In this document: positions 46,496 through 53,889 of the stretch, one piece after another
Position numbering within the stretch: the first letter of the stretch is position 1
Layout: each line of letters opens with the position of its first letter
From: a virus
IMG/VR virus record: IMGVR_UViG_3300033153_010139
Span: 55,267-119,266 of that record
DNA: 64,000 nucleotides
Direction: 5' to 3' (one strand)
The notes under the pieces: generated by a model
What the model saw: only the letters and a program-made list of their open reading frames with translations
Databases searched by the model: none
Told to the model about the DNA's origin: nothing
Translations under genes and position numbers: made by a program

Positions 46496-46761
46496 GCGTG
46501 CTGGACAACAACTGGCGCATCTACAAGGACCCAACGTACTCGCGCGCCGATAACCTCCCGCTCATGTTCAAACCGCGGCTGCCGCCGTCCGCCGTAGAAC
46601 GCTTGGCCGCTCTCGAAGATCCTGTGATCGCAGAGCGCATCAAGAAGTGGGACGAGGCACGAGCGCTGGGGGACAAGTTCGAGCTGCGCTCGATCGACTT
46701 CGTAGCCGACGAAGCGTGCCCGAGGGCTTACCCAATGCCGCGCCCGCCGAGCCTGGCGTAA
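46492..46761 (+). CDS. gp23-like fragment + tag
   Basis: VLDNNWRIYKDP + SAVERLAALE. Confidence 0.65.
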   Translation: MSVLDNNWRIYKDPTYSRADNLPLMFKPRLPPSAVERLAALEDPVIAERIKKWDEARALGDKFELRSIDFVADEACPRAYPMPRPPSLA

Positions 46762-46772
46762 GCGGCTCGCCG

Positions 46773-47108
46773 CTACCCGGATTCGGCCGGCGGTGGCTTC
46801 ACGGCATAGTCCATCAGGTCGATGTCGATCGGGAAGTAGCGGTCCCTGTGCGGCGGCAGCAAGCTCTCCGGCCTGCTGCTCTCGATCCTGACCTTGACCG
46901 TCCAAGGGAAGAGTCGGAACACCAGCTTGCAGCACTCGCCAGTGACGATGCCCTGCGCGTCGGCGTCTTCCCAGTTGATGATCCGCTTGCACTTTGGGCA
47001 CATGCACCGCAGCGCGTGGTAGTTGACGAGGTGCGCACCGTCCGTCAGCGGCACCGCCGGGCGGCGGCGGCAGAGGTCTTCTAGCGCGCGGCGCCGAGCT
47101 GCATCCAT
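46773..47108 (-). CDS. Cys-containing hypothetical protein
   Basis: CPKC...CC. Confidence 0.55.
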   Translation of the reverse strand: MDAARRRALEDLCRRRPAVPLTDGAHLVNYHALRCMCPKCKRIINWEDADAQGIVTGECCKLVFRLFPWTVKVRIESSRPESLLPPHRDRYFPIDIDLMDYAVKPPPAESG

Positions 47109-47118
47109 GCGCCCGATT

Positions 47119-47493
47119 CTACACGTCGCAGGTTGCGGCCAATCGCGAGATCGCGTCGTCGTCGAACCCGTCCGTCGATGTCCAGGTCATCGTGAGCAGG
47201 AAGGCGCCCTGGAGGAGCAGCGGCGTGGGACCTTTCCAGCCGGGTCCGGCGGTACCCATCAGCGACAAGAACCGACGCCAGGACATCCTGAGCTGGTGCT
47301 TGTCGTCGTCGTCCCAGAAGTCCCTCTTGATGCGGTAGCGATCATGCCCGTCGCCTTTGGTCCGGTACATCAGGAACGTGACCGAGCGCGGCGTTGCCGA
47401 GAACCCCCACTCGCCCTCGACCACGCCGTTCCGCGCGAGCTTCGCGAGCTTCTGGATGTCGGCGGGATCCTTTGGCTTGAACGGTGCTCTCAT
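47119..47493 (-). CDS. Hypothetical protein with C-terminal tag (DAISRLAATC)
   Basis: ATG at 47493 directly after the tRNA-like gene. Confidence 0.55.
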   Translation of the reverse strand: MRAPFKPKDPADIQKLAKLARNGVVEGEWGFSATPRSVTFLMYRTKGDGHDRYRIKRDFWDDDDKHQLRMSWRRFLSLMGTAGPGWKGPTPLLLQGAFLLTMTWTSTDGFDDDAISRLAATCDV

Positions 47494-47494
47494 A

Positions 47495-47568
47495 AGGGGC
47501 TGACGGGAGTCGAACCCGTGGTCTCGATGTTCTTCACGCATCGCGCTTTGCCGATAAGCTACAGCCCC
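47495..47568 (-). tRNA. tRNA-like gene with 9-nt anticodon loop (central GAA, Phe?)
   Basis: GGGGCTG TA GCTT ATCGGCA AAGC G CGATG CGTGAAGAA CATCG AGACC ACGGG TTCGACT CCCGT CAGCCCC T; all four stems pair perfectly. Confidence 0.8.
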
Positions 47569-47656
47569 AGATCCCCCCAGGGCCGTTTCCGGGGGGCAGG
47601 CAGGTGGTATCCGACCATGAGCAACGAGCCCATGGCCGAAACTGCCCACACACGTT

Positions 47657-48082
47657 CTACCCGGCAGCGCGGACTTCCTCGGACTCGTCCAGCTCGAACG
47701 GCTCGGCGATACACTCGGCCCACTCCAGCTGGTCTTCCAGCGAGATGCTTTCGAGCCCCAGGTCTTCCAGCGTCTCCGTCTTCGTGTTCGGCGAGAAGTG
47801 TGATCTCCCGCGCATGGACGCGCGCAGGGCGCAGAGACGGGTGAAGTAGAGGGAAACCCCTCCCCACAGCCAGTAGCCGTTGTGCGATGACCGAAACGCG
47901 CTCAGCCTGTACTTGGGCTGGAACACGACTTCCAGTTCTTTGAGCAGTTCTTCGGACGGCGCCAAGCCCCAGGGCTCGCGCCGCTCGCGCTGGGCCCGCT
48001 TGAAGGCGGCGCTGTTCTCGCGCAGCGCGCGAGAGAGGAGGCGGATCTCGGTCTTGATCTTCTTCACGTTCAGCTTCGTCAT
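47657..48082 (-). CDS. Hypothetical protein
   Basis: ATG 48082 after purine-rich RBS. Confidence 0.6.
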   Translation of the reverse strand: MTKLNVKKIKTEIRLLSRALRENSAAFKRAQRERREPWGLAPSEELLKELEVVFQPKYRLSAFRSSHNGYWLWGGVSLYFTRLCALRASMRGRSHFSPNTKTETLEDLGLESISLEDQLEWAECIAEPFELDESEEVRAAG

Positions 48083-48186
48083 GTCGATTTCTTCTTCCTC
48101 TTCTTCGGCAACAGATCGGACAAGTGGTTTCGGTTGCGGTCTTGCGGGACCAATCAGAATTCGTCGCAGCAGTTTCTTGAACACGG

Positions 48187-48477
48187 CTACTCCAGCAGGT
48201 GCAGGCGCCCGAGAACGCGGGCTACACGTTTCCGGTCGCGGGTTGGGGGGAGCGCGAGCGCCGTAGCCTCACCGAGGAACGGCGGGTCCGGCTCGCGTAC
48301 GAGATGGAATTCAAGCCCGCGCCGGTCCAGACGATCGGCTACGCGCAGCAGCGCGCGCTCGTCGGGAACGCCGAGAACGACGGCGCGGGTGCCAGGTAGC
48401 GGGAGTGGGGTGGCGCTTTCGCCGGCCGCGTGGACGGCCTGGACGACCTGCACCGGGCGCGGCAGGTCACCGCGCAC
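48187..48477 (-). CDS. PTH2-like peptidyl-tRNA hydrolase domain
   Basis: VR.DL....VQAVHA, VVL.V.DE..L, VREPD...GEATALAL.P; start uncertain. Confidence 0.7.
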   Translation of the reverse strand: MRGDLPRPVQVVQAVHAAGESATPLPLPGTRAVVLGVPDERALLRVADRLDRRGLEFHLVREPDPPFLGEATALALPPTRDRKRVARVLGRLHLLE

Positions 48478-48566
48478 GACAACGAAATGAACCGCCGGGT
48501 TACGTTCGAGGTCGAAGCATGACTTTGTTATACCTCAATGCAGCAGCACGAACAGCGGAGATCACG

Positions 48567-49442
48567 ATGCCCGAGCCAACTTCCGCTCCTCAGCCACCAG
48601 AGCCGTCCGACCCGACGCCGCCCGACGCTTGCGGCAACTGCGGCACCAAGGTCAGCGCTGACGGCGCATTCTGCTCCTCGTGCGGGAAGGGAGTCACGCG
48701 ACCGGCCGGACCCCCAGGTCCAGCAGCCGCCCCTGCGACATCCGCGACTGCTGCTGCCGCAGCAGTCGCCGCGCCGGGACTCATCGGCGGGCTTCTGCGG
48801 CGGGCGCTCGGTACCACCGCGTCCGGTACACACCGCAAGCTCACCGACATGGACGCTGACGAGCTAGGGGCGTTGGCCAAAGTCATCGAGGCGAAGCGCA
48901 GTCCGCTCGACCGTTGGATCACGCGCGGCTTGATCCCGGTGATGCTCCTGATCGCCGGCCCGCTCGTGACCTACTACTTCACGACGCGTGCTGATCAGGC
49001 CGCCGAGGTAATGCAGGCCACGAACGACGAGATCGCTCGCCTGTCCGGCGCTACCGACAGACTGGAAACGCTCATCACCGACGCAGGCGCACGGGTCGAA
49101 CAGATGGACGATGCGCGCGCGCACGAGCTGCAGGCACTACGTGTGATCGTGCAGCGGCTCGAAAACGCGCTCCGGCTGGTTGTGCTACAGACCGCTATCA
49201 GGGAGGCCGCGGCGGTTCAGCTGGCGGCGGCGGTAAAGGAAAGGCCGATGATGTTCAGCGGTTCAGATTTCAAGCCTTCGATGACGGCTCTGCTGCGCGA
49301 CAAGCGCGACAAGATCGTGCGCCAGGTACAGGAGCAGTCGCAACAGCAATTCCCGGGCATCGACGAGGACGACAGTTTGGCCGAGGTCGAGACGGCCTTC
49401 GACCGCTACGTCCAACAGCAGGTCCAAGCGCAGCAGGAATAG
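48567..49442 (+). CDS. Zinc-ribbon + single-TM coiled-coil protein
   Basis: CGNCG....AFCSSCG; hydrophobic LIPVMLLIAGPLVTYYF. Confidence 0.65.
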   Translation: MPEPTSAPQPPEPSDPTPPDACGNCGTKVSADGAFCSSCGKGVTRPAGPPGPAAAPATSATAAAAAVAAPGLIGGLLRRALGTTASGTHRKLTDMDADELGALAKVIEAKRSPLDRWITRGLIPVMLLIAGPLVTYYFTTRADQAAEVMQATNDEIARLSGATDRLETLITDAGARVEQMDDARAHELQALRVIVQRLENALRLVVLQTAIREAAAVQLAAAVKERPMMFSGSDFKPSMTALLRDKRDKIVRQVQEQSQQQFPGIDEDDSLAEVETAFDRYVQQQVQAQQE

Positions 49443-49534
49443 CGCTCGGGCGCATGTGGACATGTGGGCGGCCTGCTGGTGCACCTACCATAGGGGCACT
49501 TCGCGCCGATTCTGTCCGGGTTATGCAACGCCGG

Positions 49535-49694
49535 CAGTTGGTTCTCGATGTGGCAGGGGTGAGCGAGCTATAAATTGAGAAGCCCGGCACGGTGCCGGGC
49601 TTCTCTGCCTGATCGCTCTACCAACTGGAGGACATCGTCGCCCAGTAACCGACTCGACCGACTGGGTGACAGTCAACCGGGCCAGCTCGCTCAC
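49535..49694. other. Structured intergenic element (nested inverted repeats)
   Basis: 11-bp outer IR 49559-69/49684-94; 14-bp IR 49577-49605; 10-bp IR 49637-46/49661-70. Confidence 0.55.
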
Positions 49695-49772
49695 AGGGTA
49701 CCACAACCCGCCGGACACGGTCAAAGGGTGATGTACCTTCCCGGGGCTGCTGGATGAAACCCTGGGGTTCCT

Positions 49773-50117
49773 GTGAACATTGAAGAAGAGGCGCGCTACC
49801 AGATCCGACTGGGCGCGTGCTCGCCCATCATGCTCCCGACCGAGCTGGTGCGCGACGTGGTATCGGGCGCCGTAAGTAGTGGCGCATTTGCAACTTACGC
49901 AGTGCTTTACTGCATCAACGATGGCGGTCTGGGGAGGCCGCTGCACGAGATCGCCGCCGCCCGCGGCCTCCGCGTGCCCAGTTTCAGCCGGCACCTCGAC
50001 CAGCTGGAGGAACGCGGGTGGCTCGACCGCGGCGTCGCCGAGACCGACCAGGCCGGTGATCCGACGCTCCGCGAGTTCGTGCTGCAGCAGAAGCGCCGAG
50101 AGGCGGTAGACGCATGA
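49773..50117 (+). CDS. Winged-HTH protein
   Basis: 'AFATYAVL...LHEIAAARGL....FSRHLDQLEERGWLDR'. Confidence 0.65.
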   Translation: MNIEEEARYQIRLGACSPIMLPTELVRDVVSGAVSSGAFATYAVLYCINDGGLGRPLHEIAAARGLRVPSFSRHLDQLEERGWLDRGVAETDQAGDPTLREFVLQQKRREAVDA

Positions 50118-51454
50118 GCGCTCGCGACAAGACGCCGATCGCTATCCGCTGCGCGCAGTGGGAGTACTGCGCCGTCCCGTCCGGCATGCTCGTTGACGTG
50201 CTAGAGGGCAAGCTCTCCAAGTCGCAGGTCTTTACCTACTACGCGATGCGCGTTTGGGGTCGAACGAACGGGCGCGTCTGGCGTAATCGCGACGATCTCG
50301 CGGCCGAGATCAAGTTCAACTCGAAGCGACCGCTCATAGATCACCTCAAGGCGCTGGTCGAGACGGGCTGGATCGACCGGTCCTATGAACCGCCGGATCT
50401 GGACCACGCCTACCCTCTCTACGTGTTGACACTCAGAGACGCAAAGCGCGAAGAAGAAGATTCGTGCCAGTGCTGGTTCAAGTGCATCTGCGGAAAGCGT
50501 CGGAAGCGTTCCACGAATCCCGAGCCGCGCGGTCCCGACCAAGGCCCCGATTCTCGCGCGCAAAAGGACCAGTGCCGCAAAAGAGGCACTCAGGGGGTGC
50601 CGCAAAAGAAGCACCCAAAGGAGACCAAGAGAAAGGTAGAAACCTTCGGAGAAGGTTTCCCCCCGGAAAATCGGGAGATCGAGGTCACGGATAGTGGCGT
50701 AAAAAACAGGGGAAGCACGGGGGACGAGGAACCTGAGACGAATGAAAGCGCGATAGAAGATTTCCACGCTGCGCCGGTCATCGCGATCCCGGACACCGAC
50801 GAGCTGCCGGAGCACGGCGACGGCTACGGGGACGTGACGCGCTACGGCGATGAGCCGGTGAAGACGCCTCGGGCGCAGAAGCCGAAGGAGCGACCGGGGG
50901 AGAAGTTCGCCGGCGACGGCCCGCCACCGCCGAAGAAGAAAAGGAAGAACCCGGAGACGCCGGTCCCCATGCACATCAAGCACGGCAAGCCCCAGTGGCC
51001 GCCGCGCGCCGATTACCACAGCGGCTATGACGTGACCGCCAAGTGGATCGAGGAGATGAAGCTGCGGCACCCCAAGTTCCAGACGGAGGTGCCCCGAGGG
51101 GAGCACGTGGGCCAGGCCAGGCACATCTTCAATCAGATCCAGGACCCGGACAACATTCTAGCCATCATCCGGCTGGCGATCTGGGACTGGCCGGCGATCC
51201 GGGAGACGGTCGAGACCTGGTACACGGCGAGCAAGCCGTTGCCGAACCCGACGCATATTCTCAAGATCCTGGACCAGCTGGCCGGGCGTCTCGATCGTGG
51301 CTTCATCTCGCCTGCACGCCGCAGGTCCGTCTACGTTGCGCGCTGGATAGACGGCACGTGGGTCGATCCGCGCGCGCCGCGTCCGCCCGGCCCGAGTTTG
51401 GCCGAGGCAGCTCGCGCCAGGCGGCGGAAGAAGCAGCACGGACTGACCGGCTAG
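50114..51454 (+). CDS. Putative replication initiator (N-terminal wHTH)
   Basis: 'DDLAAEI....LIDHLKALVETGWIDR'; upstream of clamp/loader/helicase. Confidence 0.6.
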   Translation: MSARDKTPIAIRCAQWEYCAVPSGMLVDVLEGKLSKSQVFTYYAMRVWGRTNGRVWRNRDDLAAEIKFNSKRPLIDHLKALVETGWIDRSYEPPDLDHAYPLYVLTLRDAKREEEDSCQCWFKCICGKRRKRSTNPEPRGPDQGPDSRAQKDQCRKRGTQGVPQKKHPKETKRKVETFGEGFPPENREIEVTDSGVKNRGSTGDEEPETNESAIEDFHAAPVIAIPDTDELPEHGDGYGDVTRYGDEPVKTPRAQKPKERPGEKFAGDGPPPPKKKRKNPETPVPMHIKHGKPQWPPRADYHSGYDVTAKWIEEMKLRHPKFQTEVPRGEHVGQARHIFNQIQDPDNILAIIRLAIWDWPAIRETVETWYTASKPLPNPTHILKILDQLAGRLDRGFISPARRRSVYVARWIDGTWVDPRAPRPPGPSLAEAARARRRKKQHGLTG

Positions 51455-51472
51455 CCGGGTAGAACAGGCACC

Positions 51473-52588
51473 ATGAGACTCCGCGCGCCGTCCATCAAGC
51501 TCAAGCCGTTCGTGAACGCGACCGCAAGCCTCGCCCCGGGGTCCGGCAAGCGCCCGCAGCTCGAATGCACGCGAATCGACGTGCTCGGCGACAAGGCGAC
51601 CTTCTCGGCCACCAATCTCAGCGAGACCGTGCGTCTGGTCCTTTCGGACGACGAGATGACCGGGGAGGACGGTTCCGTCTACCTGCCGTCCGTCAACCTG
51701 CAGCGCGTCGTGCGTGAGGCGAAGCGGGAGGACGTGGAAATCTCGTGGAACGGGAAGGCCCAGAAGGCGCTGGTGCAGTTCGGTTCGGTGCGCGTCTCGC
51801 TGCCCATCGAGCCGCCGGACAACCTCCCCCGGATCCCCAAGTTCGACGCGAAGGCGCCGTTCGTGACGCTCACTGGCGCCGCCCTGGCCGGCACGCTGGC
51901 GCGTACCACGTTTGCCGTGCAGTCGAACTTCATGGCGCGCGCGCTGGGCGGCGTGAGCATGAAGCTCAAGCCGGGCCAGCTGGAGGCGGCGGCGACCGAT
52001 GGAACCGCAATCGCGATCGTGCGCGTGCCCGTGTCCAACCCGTCGGCTGTTTCGGCGGAAGCCATCCTGCCTCCGATCTCCCACAAGACGATCGCCTGGG
52101 TCTGCGCTGACGACACCGCCAACGTTGACCTGCAGTTCGCCGAGAACTCGCTCAGGGTGCGCGGGCCGGACGGCGAGCTGACCTGGCGCCTGATGGTCGG
52201 CAAGTTCCCCGACTACGACGGGCACGTGCCGGAGAGCGCCCCTAAGACTGTCGAGGTCGAGCGGCGCAAGTTGCTGCTGTTCCTCGATAAGGCGCGGCTG
52301 CTCAAGTACGCCAGCTTGCCCGAATACACGTTCACGGCGCGGCGGGGTGAGCTGGAGATGGTGGCGACCGCCGGGATCGATGGGACCGTGCAGGCCACGT
52401 TGGAGATCGACTGGGTGTGGGAGGAGCTGGTGACGTCGCTGGATCCGCTCCTGCTGGAAGTGGCCGTCAAGGCGATGGGCGAGGACACCATCACAGTCGG
52501 CTTCGAGGCCGGCGACAAGCCGGTGCTCTTGCGCGAAAGCGGAGCGCTCCTCGAAAACCGCTACGCCGTTAGCCCCAGATTCAAGTGA
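51473..52588 (+). CDS. dnaN: DNA polymerase III beta sliding clamp
   Basis: 371 aa; SATNL, FAV, L.GV, ATDG, RL..GKFPDY, KPVL. Confidence 0.85.
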   Translation: MRLRAPSIKLKPFVNATASLAPGSGKRPQLECTRIDVLGDKATFSATNLSETVRLVLSDDEMTGEDGSVYLPSVNLQRVVREAKREDVEISWNGKAQKALVQFGSVRVSLPIEPPDNLPRIPKFDAKAPFVTLTGAALAGTLARTTFAVQSNFMARALGGVSMKLKPGQLEAAATDGTAIAIVRVPVSNPSAVSAEAILPPISHKTIAWVCADDTANVDLQFAENSLRVRGPDGELTWRLMVGKFPDYDGHVPESAPKTVEVERRKLLLFLDKARLLKYASLPEYTFTARRGELEMVATAGIDGTVQATLEIDWVWEELVTSLDPLLLEVAVKAMGEDTITVGFEAGDKPVLLRESGALLENRYAVSPRFK

Positions 52589-52595
52589 GGTAATC

Positions 52596-53210
52596 GTGTA
52601 CCGCGCAGTCCTACGACCAGAACCAGACGACCGCAAGCTCACCCCTGCCCATTTGCGGGGGGCCAACATCGACGTTCGTTACGCCGAAGCAACGCTCGGC
52701 GAGATTCCAGACGACGCGACGCACAAGGCGCCCGTGCTTGCCTTTGCTCGGAGCATGCACCAGACGGAGAAGGACGGCCTTGGCCTGGTCATCTCCGGGC
52801 TGGTCGGCACCGGCAAGAGCACGATCGCTTGCCAGTTGCTGATGCGCGCGATGTTGAGCAGTCCGGCGGGCTGCTGGTACGTGGACGCTGCCGAGATCCC
52901 CGGCATCGCGATCGAGAGACCCATGACCGACGACGGCGAGTCGGTGTGGGGGCTGTTGCGCGGCGGGGCGCAGTTTCTCGTGATCGACGATCTGGGGAAC
53001 GACAACGGGACCAAGTGGAACGACACATCGTTCCGGCGGGTACTGAACGCGCGATACGGCAAGAAGATTCCAACCTACATCACCACGAACCTGTCGCGCT
53101 CGGAGCTGTTCGAGCGCGTCGCCCGACTGGGCGAATTGTTCGGCGACAGCTACTCGTGGCTCGACGTGGTCGGTCCTGTGTGGCGCACCGGCGCCGAGGA
53201 GTGCTGCTAG
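52596..53210 (+). CDS. DnaC/IstB-like ATPase (helicase loader)
   Basis: GLVGTGKS, LVIDDLG, RY...PTYITTN. Confidence 0.85.
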   Translation: MYRAVLRPEPDDRKLTPAHLRGANIDVRYAEATLGEIPDDATHKAPVLAFARSMHQTEKDGLGLVISGLVGTGKSTIACQLLMRAMLSSPAGCWYVDAAEIPGIAIERPMTDDGESVWGLLRGGAQFLVIDDLGNDNGTKWNDTSFRRVLNARYGKKIPTYITTNLSRSELFERVARLGELFGDSYSWLDVVGPVWRTGAEECC

Positions 53211-53271
53211 ATGTCAGACGCTGACGCTTCCGGCGAGGCCGCTGCCAACATGGACATGGATACGACGCCCC

Positions 53272-53889
53272 GTGCGCGCTCTTGATCTCGCGGGCGAGCG
53301 GTTTGGGCGCCTTGTTGTACAGAGGCGGGCCGATGTTTCCGGCAAAACTGCCTGGCACGTGCGCTGCGACTGCGGTGCCGAGAAAGTCGTGGCGACCGAC
53401 GCGCTTCGCCAAGATCGCACGCGGAGTTGCGGTTGCCTTCTGGCCGACGCCAACCGCCGATTACGGACGACGCACGGCATGCGTCGCACGCCGGAGTACA
53501 AGGCGTGGTGCGATATGAAATCGCGGTGCGGGCGCCCGTCCGACAACCGCTTCCACCATTACGGTGCCAGAGGTATTGCGGTTTGCGGCGTGTGGCGGGG
53601 GAGCTTTGCGTTGTTTGTTGAGCATGTCGGGGTGCGGCCATCGCCGGAGCACTCGCTTGACCGTATTGACAACGACGGTGACTACGAGCCGGGTAATGCG
53701 CGATGGGCGACGCGCAGCGAGCAGCGCCGCAATCGTCGTGACTTTGTGCTGATCGAGTTCCTCGGCGAGAGGTTGTGCATCTCCGAGTGGGCGGCTCGCA
53801 CGGGCATCGGCCGGCTTACGTTGCGCGGCCGATTGGAGGCCGGCTGGTCCGTGGAACGGGCACTGACAGTACCAGTGAGGGGTAAGTGA
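53272..53889 (+). CDS. HNH homing endonuclease
   Basis: G.RFGRL.V, CDCG, SCGC, YGARGI.VC..W, SLDRIDNDGDYEPGN.RWAT. Confidence 0.9.
   Translation: MRALDLAGERFGRLVVQRRADVSGKTAWHVRCDCGAEKVVATDALRQDRTRSCGCLLADANRRLRTTHGMRRTPEYKAWCDMKSRCGRPSDNRFHHYGARGIAVCGVWRGSFALFVEHVGVRPSPEHSLDRIDNDGDYEPGNARWATRSEQRRNRRDFVLIEFLGERLCISEWAARTGIGRLTLRGRLEAGWSVERALTVPVRGK

Noticed and set aside
41309-46761. Single degraded major capsid pseudogene
   Set aside because: Fragments are out of order, redundant (two KW-type N-termini, two EIDREI-type blocks), individually tagged and translationally coupled.
47494-47649. N-terminal extension of ORF 47119..47649
   Set aside because: It runs through the tRNA-like gene; ATG at 47493 is the more plausible start.
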